DNA of 64,000 nt, taken from NCBI RefSeq assembly GCF_009914755.1, contig NC_060940.1; one strand, given 5' to 3'. The stretch comes from the human T2T-CHM13v2.0 reference genome, Homo sapiens. The notes under the pieces were generated by a model. It had not been told where the DNA came from. It was given only the letters and a program-made list of their open reading frames with translations, and made no database searches. How positions within the stretch are numbered: position 1 is the stretch's first letter; every line of letters begins with the position of its first letter. Both the position numbers and the translations under genes were made by a program. Positions 1 through 13,274 of this stretch are shown one piece after another.

Positions 1-1937
1 TATCGAGGAGACATGGGAGCTGTGATCTTGAGAATTTACATTTAAGAAAAAGGTGGAAAAGGGAGGAGTGTGAAGGGCACAATGGATGTTATGATGAAAA
101 GACTTTTAAATATGATCAATTTGATGAATCCTCTGTTGAAAGTTTGTTTCACCAGCAAATACTTTCTTCTTGTGCCAAAAGCTATAACTTTGATCAATAT
201 AGGAAGGTCTTTACTCATTCATCATTGCTTAATCAACAAGAGGAAATAGATATTTGGGGAAAACATCACATATATGATAAAACTTCAGTGTTATTTAGGC
301 AGGTCTCTACTCTAAATAGTTACCGAAATGTTTTTATTGGAGAGAAAAATTATCATTGCAATAATTCTGAAAAAACCTTGAACCAAAGCTCAAGCCCTAA
401 AAATCATCAGGAAAATTATTTTCTAGAAAAACAATACAAATGTAAAGAATTTGAGGAAGTCTTTCTTCAGAGTATGCATGGGCAAGAGAAACAAGAACAG
501 TCTTACAAATGTAATAAATGTGTAGAAGTTTGTACCCAGTCATTAAAACATATTCAACATCAGACCATCCATATCAGAGAAAACTCATATAGCTATAACA
601 AATATGATAAAGATCTTAGTCAGTCATCAAATCTTAGAAAGCAGATAATCCATAATGAAGAGAAACCATACAAATGTGAAAAATGTGGGGATAGCTTAAA
701 CCATAGTTTGCACCTTACTCAACATCAGATCATTCCTACCGAAGAGAAACCCTATAAATGGAAAGAATGTGGCAAGGTCTTTAACCTTAACTGTAGTTTA
801 TACCTTACTAAACAGCAGCAAATTGATACTGGAGAAAACCTTTACAAATGTAAAGCATGTAGCAAATCTTTTACTCGTTCCTCCAATCTTATTGTGCATC
901 AGAGAATTCACACTGGAGAGAAACCATACAAATGTAAAGAATGTGGCAAAGCCTTTCGCTGTAGTTCATACCTTACTAAACATAAGCGAATTCATACTGG
1001 AGAGAAACCTTATAAATGTAAAGAATGTGGAAAAGCTTTTAACCGTAGTTCATGCCTTACTCAACATCAGACAACTCATACAGGAGAAAAACTTTACAAA
1101 TGTAAAGTATGTAGCAAATCTTATGCTCGTTCTTCAAATCTTATTATGCATCAGAGAGTTCATACTGGAGAGAAGCCTTATAAATGTAAAGAATGTGGCA
1201 AAGTCTTTAGCCGTAGTTCTTGCCTTACTCAACATCGGAAAATTCATACTGGAGAAAATCTTTACAAATGCAAAGTATGTGCTAAACCTTTTACTTGTTT
1301 CTCAAATCTTATTGTGCATGAGAGAATTCATACTGGAGAGAAACCCTATAAATGTAAAGAATGTGGCAAAGCCTTTCCTTATAGTTCACACCTTATTCGA
1401 CATCATCGAATTCATACTGGAGAAAAACCATACAAATGTAAAGCATGTAGCAAATCTTTTAGTGACTCCTCAGGTCTTACTGTGCATCGGCGAACTCATA
1501 CTGGAGAGAAACCCTATACATGTAAAGAATGTGGCAAAGCCTTTAGTTATAGTTCAGATGTTATTCAGCATCGGAGAATTCATACTGGCCAGAGACCCTA
1601 CAAATGTGAAGAATGTGGCAAAGCCTTCAACTATAGGTCATACCTCACTACACATCAGAGAAGTCATACTGGAGAGAGACCCTACAAATGTGAAGAATGT
1701 GGCAAAGCCTTCAACTCTAGGTCATACCTCACTACACATCGGAGAAGACATACTGGAGAGAGACCCTACAAATGTGATGAATGTGGTAAAGCCTTCAGCT
1801 ATAGGTCATACCTCACTACACATCGGAGAAGTCATAGTGGAGAGAGACCCTACAAATGTGAAGAATGTGGCAAAGCCTTTAACTCTAGGTCATACCTCAT
1901 TGCACATCAGAGAAGTCATACTAGAGAAAAACTTTAA
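1..1937 (+). CDS. ZNF267: KRAB-C2H2 zinc finger protein 267, final coding exon (5'-partial; KRAB exons lie upstream of the window)
   Basis: The frame is open from position 3 ([33 protein letters not shown]...) into the 597-aa ORF 144..1937. It has 13 consecutive canonical C2H2 fingers with TGEKPY-type linkers, one more upstream finger (CNKC...HQTIH) and several degenerate ones. The spacer sequence and C-terminus ([10 protein letters not shown]) match my recollection of ZNF267, and the neighbouring IGHV orphons fit 16p11.2. Confidence 0.9.
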   Translation, partial: SRRHGSCDLENLHLRKRWKREECEGHNGCYDEKTFKYDQFDESSVESLFHQQILSSCAKSYNFDQYRKVFTHSSLLNQQEEIDIWGKHHIYDKTSVLFRQVSTLNSYRNVFIGEKNYHCNNSEKTLNQSSSPKNHQENYFLEKQYKCKEFEEVFLQSMHGQEKQEQSYKCNKCVEVCTQSLKHIQHQTIHIRENSYSYNKYDKDLSQSSNLRKQIIHNEEKPYKCEKCGDSLNHSLHLTQHQIIPTEEKPYKWKECGKVFNLNCSLYLTKQQQIDTGENLYKCKACSKSFTRSSNLIVHQRIHTGEKPYKCKECGKAFRCSSYLTKHKRIHTGEKPYKCKECGKAFNRSSCLTQHQTTHTGEKLYKCKVCSKSYARSSNLIMHQRVHTGEKPYKCKECGKVFSRSSCLTQHRKIHTGENLYKCKVCAKPFTCFSNLIVHERIHTGEKPYKCKECGKAFPYSSHLIRHHRIHTGEKPYKCKACSKSFSDSSGLTVHRRTHTGEKPYTCKECGKAFSYSSDVIQHRRIHTGQRPYKCEECGKAFNYRSYLTTHQRSHTGERPYKCEECGKAFNSRSYLTTHRRRHTGERPYKCDECGKAFSYRSYLTTHRRSHSGERPYKCEECGKAFNSRSYLIAHQRSHTREKL

Positions 1938-2737
1938 AAATGTAAAACATGGAGCAGATTTTTTACTTGTTACCCATGTCTTATTGTGCATCAGATAATT
2001 TATATGGGAGTGAAACCCTACAAATGTTAAGAATGTGGCATAACCTTTAACTATTTTCAAGCCTTACACAATAGCAGAGAATATAAACTGAAAAAATCCA
2101 TACAAATATTAAAAATGTGGCAAATTATTTTAAACTGTGCTCAACCCTTACTCAAGATAATCCATACTAGAGAAACACTATAGATGTAAAAATGTGAAAA
2201 GTTTTATTCAAAATATCAAACTTATGAGTCACCTAGGGGTTCATAGAAAAAGGAAGTTTGCAGATGCAATAAATGTGAGGAAGTATTTAATAAAAAATGA
2301 AGTCTAAATGTGTCAGAGAATTTATGTGAGAAAGGACTAAAGCACAGACACTTTCAGCCTTTATACTAAATAAGAGTATTTTTTGTACAGAATAATCTAA
2401 AGGCAAAATAATTAGATAATTTATTTGCTTATATGTTTTAAAGTAGCAAGAACATTGATGTTTTGACAGGTATATTTCATAGATACTTCATTTGTATTTA
2501 CAGTATTTGAGGTTTTTGGAAAGCAAATATTATTTATATAATTCAGCTTTCAAATCTGTTGCTGCTTTTCCTTAATCCGTGGTGTTCATGTGAAAATATG
2601 TGTTCTGTTTTTTTTTCTGCATCAGAACAATGTGAGGTCATTCTACGTTAATATCATTAATATCAGCATTTTTCATGGAAGTTTAATGCCAAATGTAAAA
2701 CACATGAAAATTTTTAAAAATATGCTCTTTGTGTTTG

Positions 2738-2743
2738 AATAAA
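2738..2743 (+). terminator. Probable polyadenylation signal of ZNF267 (alternatives at 2268 and 2289)
   Basis: AATAAA about 800 nt after the stop, followed by GT/T-rich sequence and a T21 tract at 2844-2864. Confidence 0.55.
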
Positions 2744-2883
2744 GTAGTAATGCACGTAAACATATACGTGTTTAGAGCTCTTTTCTATATTAAAGTAAGA
2801 GGGATATTCTGAATTTTTGAAATTACTTCAATTCCTCCATAAGTTTTTTTTTTTTTTTTTTTTTAAAAAGACTTCATTTAAAG

Positions 2884-3218
2884 CAGAGGTCCCCATTCCC
2901 AGGCTGTAGACCAGTTACTGGTCTGTGGCCTGTTAGAAACTGAGCTGCACCAGTAGGACATGAGTGGTGGGTGAGCAAGCATTACCACCTGAGCTCTGCC
3001 TCCTCTCAGATGAGTGGTGGCATTAGATTTTCATAAACCCTATTGTGAACTATGCATGTGAGGGATCTAGGTTGTGTGCTCCTTAGGAGACTCCAACTAA
3101 TGCCTGATGACCTGAGGCAGAACATTTTCATCCCAAAACCATCTCTCTCCTTGCCAGTTTGTAGAAAAATTGTCTTCCATGAAACCAATCCCTGGTGCCA
3201 AAAAGGTTAGGACCACTG
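2884..3218 (+). mobile_element. MER1B hAT-Charlie DNA transposon (MITE)
   Basis: Termini CAGAGGTCCCC...GGACCACTG, internal CCTATTGTGAACT...GAGGGATCTAGGTTG, length ~335 bp, degenerate 8-bp TSD (atttaaag / agttgaag). Confidence 0.85.
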
Positions 3219-4294
3219 AGTTGAAGTACTAACATATCTTTAAAACAGAATAAAGTAGGAGTCTTTAGTATTATTTGATGTGATAGAATACATAGTGAAA
3301 AAGTTGAGTATTTGATGTGATGAGAATAACATCTTCACCTGTATCAGGGAAATGTGAAGATAATTCCTATCAACATTCACTAAATAATTAGCCTCACTTT
3401 AAAAAAACGTAGAAAACAGAACTGCAAGATTAGTATATTGGAAAAAAAGAATGCTTCTTGAGTACTTGTAACTGTATTTTGACCAGGAAGAATATAGTGG
3501 ATTTTAAAATGCTGTAGACTATGGGTGAACTTAATTTCTTTTAATAAAATGAGTTGGTTTTTCATGTTTTAACACTGATGTACAATGAATGAAATGTTGT
3601 ACTGACACCAGTGTTAAACTATTCCATCTTATCTAAGATTGTGGTTAACAGATGGAAATAATATACTATGGGTTAACAGTGAAATGTCTTCCCTAATATT
3701 CCTTTTGCTGGAGGACTTAAACTTTCAATAATTTGGAGAATAGTTTTCTCATAGTGACTATCTTAATAATGATTAGATAAGGCAGGTAAGATTGAAAGGC
3801 CACAACTTAGCAGCAAATGTTTTACATTCATTTGAGAGCCAGTTTGTAAGTAGTTCACCAAAAGATGTTGGGTTAAAGCAGTGGTTTGAATTAATTGCAT
3901 AGCATTCATATAACAGAATACAACTCAGCCTAAAGCTCACACCCTATATGAATCTCATAGACCTCGTAAGTGAAAAAAGGTAGACATAAAATTGTGTTTT
4001 GTATATTTATGTATTGTATTATTTCAGGCAAAATAAACCTATGGTGAAATAAACACATTGATAGCCTCTGGCTGAGGAAGAAAAGATAGGTGCCTGGGAC
4101 AAAACACGAGTGAATTTTCTGAAGATGATGAAAATGTTCTGTTTCTAAACTAGGTGAAGGTCGTAAGGGTTTATTTGTCAAAAATTTACAACTAGAGTTT
4201 GCGTCAGCCCATTGGTGCTGCAGAGTCTGTTTCCTTTGGGTTGGGACCTCATTCCTTTGAGTTGGGACTTCACCTCATTCAAGTCCTGGCAGAG

Positions 4295-5210
<916 letters not shown>

Positions 5211-6371
5211 GAATTAGCATGATTGTTATCTGAGAGTGGTCTATCACACTGCAGTGAGGAAGGGTGTTGAACAGCGACTAAGGTGTAATGGCTGCTCATT
5301 TGGCTACAGAGGTCCAGCTAGCAGCAAAAGTATAATGACTTGAGTAGGAATTACAGTTAGGAAAAGGATTTTTAAAGAGCTCTATAGTCCAAAGTTGACT
5401 TAATAAAAACTGATATTTACTCTATGTACATACACATATGCATGGTTTTAAGATCTCCTCTCTCTGTAAAAGTCAAATGAATTCTGTTTCTCCATTTACT
5501 TCTGTCTGTCCTTCCTCTTGCCACTCCAAATGCCACATGAGGGGAACGCCCCCCAAAAAAAGAATTCTAACAGAATTCTAGCCTAGAATCACAGAAAACA
5601 GAAAAGTTGTCACAGTCTCCTCCTCTTGGGAGGAAACTGCTTTTTCTCATGAGGCCCTCAGAGTTGTAAGCAGAGAGATCCCTCTCAGGTCTAACACTCT
5701 GCTCTTTCTTGTATTGCATTACTTGATCTCCTTGGCTTTGGGGGATACCAGAGATTACATTGTACTATGAGAGAACTTGACTAGGTGGATGTAATTGCTG
5801 GTGAGTCACTGGCAAGAGCTATGGTGTTAGAGGGCTGACAGCAGTCGCTTACAGTAAATGTTTATTACTCTAGGGAGTTGCTTATTTCTTTGGGTGTTTG
5901 GATAGAAAAAGTATGGTTTAGAATGTAGAGGCTACAGAAACAGCCCCCAAGCCACCCCACCGAGGGGTAAGACACCCATGTGGGATGCAGTAATCATAGT
6001 GTGTGCTGGCATAGGATTGCCTACCAACCTCAAATGAATGTCCCTCTACTGAGGTGCACTATGGAATCATTGAACTGCCCAGTCCTCTGGCATGGCATTT
6101 CTTTTGGGGGCTCAGAATTCAATGTAAAAATGGGATTCTTGATTTGGGAGAATCTAAGTGTTATGCCTTCCAGCTGCTCCTGCTTTGCACATATTTAAAT
6201 ATTAAGCCCTAAAAACTGCATGCTTCCTTTGCTTTATTTATTAAGTGGCTCCACCCTGAAGCCAGTAATCTAAAAAACACACTACGTTAAAAAGCCCATC
6301 TAGCCAACTAAATCAGTCTCCAAAATGTGCAACTTTCCGACATTTAGCTGGCTGTTTTGCTTCTCTTTGTT

Positions 6372-6374
<3 letters not shown>

Positions 6375-6410
<36 letters not shown>
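6375..6410. repeat. (AC)18 microsatellite
   Basis: Perfect AC run. Confidence 0.98.
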
Positions 6411-6412
<2 letters not shown>

Positions 6413-6585
6413 ATACTTTTCTCCAGGACCTGGGAACAATGTATTTGAAATATAAATACGAAAAAAGATAGTACCCGATCTCACAATTTTGCAGTAAGAT
6501 AGAAGCCTAATTTTATCAGGCACTTAATTCCAAGTTGCAAAACAATTTTCTGTCACAAAAGTTGGAAGTTTATTTTCCCCCCCGG

Positions 6586-6876
6586 TTTTTTTTTTGAGAC
6601 GGAGTCTCGCCCTGTCGCCCAGACTGGAGAGCAGTGGCACAGTCTCGGCTCACTGCAAGCACCGCCTCCGGGGTTCACGCCATTCTCCTGCCTCAGCCTC
6701 CCGAGTGGCTGGGACTACAGGCACCTGCCACCACGCCCAGCTAATTTTTTGTATTTTTAGTAGAGACGGGGTTTCACCGTGTTAGCCAGGATGGTCTCAA
6801 TCTCCTGACCTCGTGATCTGCCCGTCTCAGCCTCCCAAAGTGCTGGGATTACAGGCGTCAGCCACCGCGCCCGGCC
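6586..6876 (-). mobile_element. AluY
   Basis: Reverse Alu with Y diagnostics (cactgcaagc, ttcacgccattctcc, ccgtgttagccaggatggtctc, gacctcgtgatc). Confidence 0.92.
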
Positions 6877-9209
6877 TATTTTTCCTTTTAATAAAGCCAG
6901 TTATCAAACCTAGATCATCTTTCTAGTTACCAGGTGAATTTAGGATAAACTGTGCCAAATGGTGCTGTCAAATTTTCCTACTTGAGGGCTACTAATATTA
7001 ATCTTGACAACACATATGTTTTATAACTCAAACCAGACTGTGATGTTTAAACACTACATGTTTTGCTTCTGATGCACATCACATTCTGGTTTGAGTTATA
7101 AAACAATTTTATCTCTCTTCTACCTTTGTGGGGAGGCATTCTAGGTTGGGAGGCAATGTTGTTTTAATTATATTTCCCAAGCACTGTTCAGAATTACAAG
7201 ATCAAATATAAACATAAAAGGTACCGATCAGGTTTCATACTAGAAGGGACTTTGGCAGATACCCATCAAATTTTCTTTCAGGCTTTCTTCCCCCAAGCCA
7301 CAATTGTTCAGTGAAGATCTTGCCTGCCCTCAAAATGTGAATGCAGTATGATCTTGCTGCCTATTTTGGGCTCTGCAGTTTCATCTGGGGCATAGTTAGA
7401 AAAGATTTGTAATAAAATAACCTCATAAAGTGGCAATCATCCGTTCCAGCCCTGTCTTTCAATGTACCTGGGGACTTTATAACAGAAATTGATTCAGAGA
7501 ACATGGGGCCTGGTAGCACAGACATGTACCTGCGCATTGAGTTGGCCTCTTCCACTTCCCTGTCTCTCTGGGAACCTAAATCTGCACCACTAAATTTTGA
7601 ATGCAGTATCTGGGGCTCTTCAGAATGCTCTATAGCAGCCTTCCTGGAAGGAATCTCTTTTCCTCTTGTCTCTTCTTGCTGTAAAACCCAAGAATACAGA
7701 ACAGATGCGATCCCTCATAGAATTTGCACACAAGGGGAATTTGCCTCCCCGTGAGATTCATAAAACAGGGCCAGCCTTCAGTCTGAGGATTACAGAAAAT
7801 CCAGGGCAGACCTTTCTTGTATCATGAGAGATCAATACAGACCCTATAAAGCAGGAGGATCACTCAGGTTGGGGCCTGTAGAATCTTTTATATCTTGTTC
7901 ACCAACCTGCTGCCATTGTGTGAGGAGCTTCTGGTGGTCAATGCAGAATCTATAAGTGTAAACAAGCATTAACATCAAAACTACAACTTCCAGGGACACC
8001 AGAACCTGCCTTGTTTAGAATGTTAAATATATCTTTTCCAAAAAATTGATAATATTTGATTATCTAATCAAAATATTATAACTATACATTAAACCTTACA
8101 TAGAAAGATGTTAAAATTCTGTTAAACTTTCTTGAATTTTGTTTAAATGATCTTAAAATTCTACACTTTGGAATACTGACTTCCATTCTTTAAAATCTGT
8201 GCTTTTCTAGGCAGTCTATCCTAAATGTTTGTATTTAAATAAAGTCTTTTAGATTCTAATCTTTCTGATGACTTTAGGTTGACGTAACTATAGTCACAAT
8301 CTTGTGAAAGAAATCTCAAAAACATATTCCTCTTTTGGCTTTCTCATAAACGGTTTGGCCACAGAGTCAAGGAGAGAACATTGGAGTGTCTGAGAGCGTG
8401 GGTCTTGACTAATTTTAATCAGCGTTCCTGGGCACAGAGGACATACCCTCCATTTCATTCCTGATGTAATATTTGATGTAGTTCATGTTACTATAATCTT
8501 GTTACTGTGATCCACCAAAATATGAGGTTAAAAGACCTTTCAATCTTTTAGGAAGAAAAAGTGTTATATTTTCCTCATCTTTTTGGGTTTCGTGGTCAGA
8601 AACATGCACTGGCAGACAGGATTTTTAAAGTTTCCAATAATTTGTAGCTCAGGATTTGTGTCCAGTGTTTTTCTGTCTCCTACCTCTGCAGCTGCCTTCT
8701 CTGACTCATGTTTTTCTCACATGAGCTGAGAATAAAATGTCTTGAGATTGGGAGTGTCCATGACTTGCGATGCATCTTACTCTGTTTAATGAATAGTAGA
8801 TGCATGTCTGTTTTTTGACGGCATCTAAAATATCATAATTATTATCTTGCCATTTGTGCATTTTACACAAATATTTAATAAAACTGTTATTAGCCAGGAA
8901 GGGCAATTCCCTTTTCTGATATTGCTAGCTGTGTTTCTTGGGTTGCCACTATTGCCACTGAATGAAAAAAACCTTTTCTTCACCTAACCAGGTAATCTGC
9001 AGTTCTCATAATCGCTTTGTGCTATTGATGAGCAGTCATATGTTTTTCAATGCTATTTATAAAGTACGGTAAAATCGATGAGGAATATGATGCTTTCGAT
9101 TGTTATACTAATAAAACACAGGATATTTTGTGATATATAGCTATACTTAAATATGTCAGGAAGAATGCAAGTAACTATTAAAATAATATTGTTAATAAAA
9201 TGATGTTGT

Positions 9210-9724
9210 AGAATTCCAAATCCTGGCTCATGAATGTGATGTACAGCTGAGGCCAAACAGTGTCACCGGTGCCTGGAGATAGAGGAAGGTTTATTCAATG
9301 GGGCCAAAGTAAGAATGTAGGAGAGAAAATTTCTCAAATCCATCTGAAAAAACAAAGCAGCATCAGGGGATGTTTATTCAGCCAGAAGATAAGGAAGGGG
9401 GAGATTAAGGGAATTGAGGGGAAAAGTGTGTATTTCTTCAGTCTCAGATAACATCTTGGCCAACAAGACTTCTCGGTGTCAACAGCTGGTAACAAGGTCC
9501 TTCAAGGCATGTATTTCTTCTGCAAAATGTTTCTGTGACCCTCCTGCTTGAAAAAGAAAATTATCTCTTCCTGCTTGACAACAGTATATCAACAATTTAT
9601 AATTTTATTGTAGAAACAAGGGATGCTGGCTTTTGTGCAAGCAAGCAAAGGTTTAATTAGAAATTTCATTATTTCAGTCGCTAAAAATGCTGGGGTGCTG
9701 AAATCTCAAGGGGCTTGGTTATAA
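9210..9724 (-). mobile_element. LTR-like element, family undetermined
   Basis: tttatt (reverse polyA signal) near 9290 and a terminus resembling reverse TGTAACCAAGCCCC at ~9720. Confidence 0.35.
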
Positions 9725-11178
9725 TAATACAACACTAAACAATAGCTATTATTATAAAACTGAGGAAATAAGTCTTATAAAACTTTATTTTTGTCTAAGG
9801 TAACATTCTGTAATACAAAATAACATTGGTTTTGGAAATGGCTTCTTTCTTTGAAGTCATTTTTTTTTCAGACATTTGATCTAAGCACATAGACTTTATG
9901 ATTAGCTTTTAGTTCCTGGTTCACTTGATGATGTTTTTCCTGACATTTCCATGATTGCATGGAAGCTTTTGGGCTTGCAATATCATAAACAAGCTAAGAT
10001 GAAAGTGAGAATAAGGAAGATGAACTTGCTCTGCATTATCCGTCTCTGAGAGTACCCAGGGGCTTCACCCTCAGCCTGAGGACAAACTGTCACTGTTCAG
10101 AGCAATCTGAGATGTGCATTCAAATACATATATTTGTATGGTATCAGATGGCACCCAATTCTCCTCCATGCTCCTTCCAATCTATATGACCTCTATGGAT
10201 TTTTCTTCTTTTGCTTTTCTCCCAGGTCTGCATCATGTTTTCAGATCCTATGATTATTTCATGTTGGCGTTGATGGATTCAGCAAGTAAAACTACCAGAC
10301 ACACAGTTACATCTAAAAAGCAGAAAGACAACTACTAACTCTGTAGTATAAGTATTTGGATACTCTATATGTAATTCATTATCTGAAATTTATTTAACTG
10401 ACTATCTTTTACTTTATTTGTTAACTCCAATCTGTGAGAAACATAGTCCTCTCTAGTCCAGGCTCAACACCAATGCCCTCCAGAGTCTCCTTGGAGAGGG
10501 AGGGCTCATGCTGATGTAGGAGAAACACTTTTTTATTAGTACATCAGAGTTATTTAGAGTGAAGAGCATACATTAGAGGTGATGAACTGGATATCCCATG
10601 TGGTAAGAGAAGAAAATATTAAAATTTTAATCTTTTCTATTATTTTTATCTCTTTTGGGTATATGAACTATCATATAAGAGGATAAAAATAAAATAATTC
10701 AGATATAAAGTTATTAAATAATTTCATGAATATTAGCATTTTATGTCCAAATATTGTTTTACTTGTATGGGTTTGTGAACCTTAAGATGTGGAGACCATT
10801 GAGCCTTTAAGGCAATATTCTTCTGGCAATTCTCTGGCTTCTTATTGTTAGCAGACTTCTGAATGATTCTACTCCGAGGTCATGCCAAGATGGTCTTCTG
10901 TTGTTGGATAAAGTCCTCTATCAGGGAAGAAATAAGTTTATTGGGCTGTGTTTTCTTGTTATCTGGGGGATTGAAAAACACTAAGTGTTGGTCTCTTTTT
11001 TTCTCAGTTGAGTTAGGGGAATAACATGCATTGCCACAAAACAATTCCTTCAGTTCTGGAGTCCTTAAGCAGACTGTCTTCTTCATACCACCTTTCAGAG
11101 CTCTCCTTTCAAGGCTTCCTGTGTGATTTTCAAGGTTTATAGCTGTAGTTAGTGGAGAAATGCAGGGGGAAATGGGTC

Positions 11179-11578
11179 TGTTATAAGAAAAATTTTAGAC
11201 TGTAATATTTCCCTGTCCCACAATCTGGAAGGGAGCCGAGACTAAATAATGATCCAGACCAATCCAGCTTGGCAAGTAGATAAGTGTGTTAAGACTTACA
11301 TGTGGGACCCTCCTAGGAGGCAGCAGGACAGCGTTAGAGTCCACATCACCTCCCATCTCTAAGCTGCTTTTAAGCACTTTTACAGCTTTTTGCCTACCAT
11401 GTGTGTATCATGGGACTCTCCCTTGGTATGTTCTCAGATACTCTCTAGGATGTTTGCATTCTCAGAAACACCTGCTCCTCAGCTGGTCCCCATGGCCTTG
11501 GCTCACTACCTGGCCTTCAGTGCTCAAGCAGTGGATATACACCTTTAAGTTATCTAGTGGAGGACTTGTCACACTACA
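11179..11578 (-). mobile_element. LTR47A-like solo LTR (ERVL)
   Basis: Reverse strand reads TGTAGTGTGAC...GTGAGCCAAGGCCATGG...GAGGAGCAGGTGT...AGAGTATCTGAGAAC...AAAAGCAGCTTAGAGATGGGAGG, matching LTR47A as I recall it. Confidence 0.8.
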
Positions 11579-11924
11579 GGGTCTACATCATCCTTTCCAA
11601 ACTCAAAGTTTCTACTCACAGACTTTTTTGTTGACTAAGGATTCTTCTGACATCCTGAACTAATTTAAGATTGCCTGGAAAGTCTTCCAACAAATCAGTA
11701 ATAAAATGTATTCCTTATATCCTCTGTCATCTTGAACATAATGGAATACATGGCCCAAAAAAACTCACCAGTGTTAGCCCACCAGCGTTGTAGTACCACA
11801 AAACAAGAGAAACATGATAATATAAATAAAGAAACTGAGTGTGCTGCCTTCTATTGCATTATAACAACATCAGCAAATGACTGACACCCCCTCCCCTGAT
11901 TTTCAGGCATTAAAATTAGGGTTC

Positions 11925-12746
11925 TGTGGGTTAATCTTATATCAATATGGAGGGCTGTTTCTTTTTGATGACATTACCATTTAAATTTGTAATCTTTGAG
12001 TAAGCAGATTGTCCTACATACTGCGGGTTAGGCCTCATCCAATCATTTGAAGGTTTAAATAAAACAAAAAAGCCAGCCTTCCTGAGCAAGAGAAATATCT
12101 CCATTAGATCGCTTTTGTACTTTATCTGCACCATTAACTATGTCAAATTTTCCTCAAAATTAAAACTGGAATTGCCCTCTCAGATCTCAGTCTTAATCTT
12201 CTCAGCCCACATTGCAGATTTGGACTTGCCAGTCTCCATAATCAAATGAGCCTGTGTGTGTACATATATATATACACACACATACATGTATATGTATATT
12301 ATATACTATATTATCATACACAAACATACACACGTGTGTGCATGTGTGCATGTTATCATATAGTATATAATATGTATTATAAGTATTGAATTATACACTA
12401 CATATATTAAGGTTAAATGAATTCATAAGGGAGAGCCCTTATTCTGGTAGGAATGGTATCTTTATAAGAAGAGGAAGGGACACCAGAAAGCTCTTTCTCC
12501 ACACACAGAGAGGAAAGCTATATGAGAACACAGAAGGGAGCCTCCAATAAGCCAGGAAGAGACGAGTTACTGGAAACCAACCGTGCATAATAGGACCTTG
12601 ATCTTGGACTTAAAGCATCCAGAATTGTAGAAAAATAATTGTATGCTGTTTAGTCCATCCAGTTTGTGGTACTTGTTATGAAAACTTGAGATAATTTATA
12701 CAATATACCATTGGCTCTATTTCTCTAAAGAATCTTGGCTAATACA
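11925..12746 (+). mobile_element. MLT2 (HERV-L) LTR with an internal TA/CA tract, interrupted by MLT1A
   Basis: gagtaagcagattgtcct...ggcctcatccaatca, ggacttgccagtctccataatc, and 3' end ttggctctatttctct...ctaataca. Confidence 0.75.
12405..12702 (+). mobile_element. MLT1A-like MaLR LTR (5'-truncated)
   Basis: ttaaggttaaatga...tttataagaagaggaag...aagccaggaagag...ccttgatcttggactt...ccagaattg...gtttgtggta. Confidence 0.75.
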
Positions 12747-13255
12747 GATTTTGGTACTAAGAGTGGTTTTATAGGAATGACCTGGATAAATCTTATTTTT
12801 TGGTTCTGAAGTTTCTGTATTGGGCTCAATAATTTGATTAAATTCAGACACTATTAATTATTTCCAGTAGTAATAAGAGCATTGATAGTGCATGTCATGA
12901 CATGGCAAAAAAGGTGCAGAATATTGCCATTGAATACCCCTAATGAAGCATTTTTAGAATCAAGAACCTGGACAACCATGCCTATAATACTTTGAAACAT
13001 TTTTGTCAAAATAAAAATATATGAATATTGACTGGTTGTTTGTAATGTCCGTGGACAAAGTGGGGAAAGAAAAGAATGAGCTCAGAAAAAAAAATGTGTA
13101 TGCCAAATTCCACGTTCATGACCTTAAAGCTTCTATGTCTGCCATGAAGATGCTTATCTCCAGTAACCACAAGGCCAAGATTGCTGAAAACCAAATGCAG
13201 AATCTCATCCTGTGAGTACCTGAATTACAACACAAATTAAATTACCAGACTAGTG
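12747..13255 (+). mobile_element. ERVL internal (leader/gag relic)
   Basis: Starts gattttggtactaagagtggtt immediately after the MLT2 LTR end. Confidence 0.7.
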
Positions 13256-13274
13256 TCATGTCAAATATCAAAAT

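Larger units (their letters stand above)
5330..7190. mobile_element. Degraded ERV1-like internal/LTR sequence
   Basis: General resemblance to MER4-group internal sequence only; family not determined. Confidence 0.35.

Noticed and set aside
7390-8000. Possible processed pseudogene or exon (83-aa ORF 7503..7754)
   Set aside because: No recognisable protein similarity, polyA tail or TSD; left unassigned.
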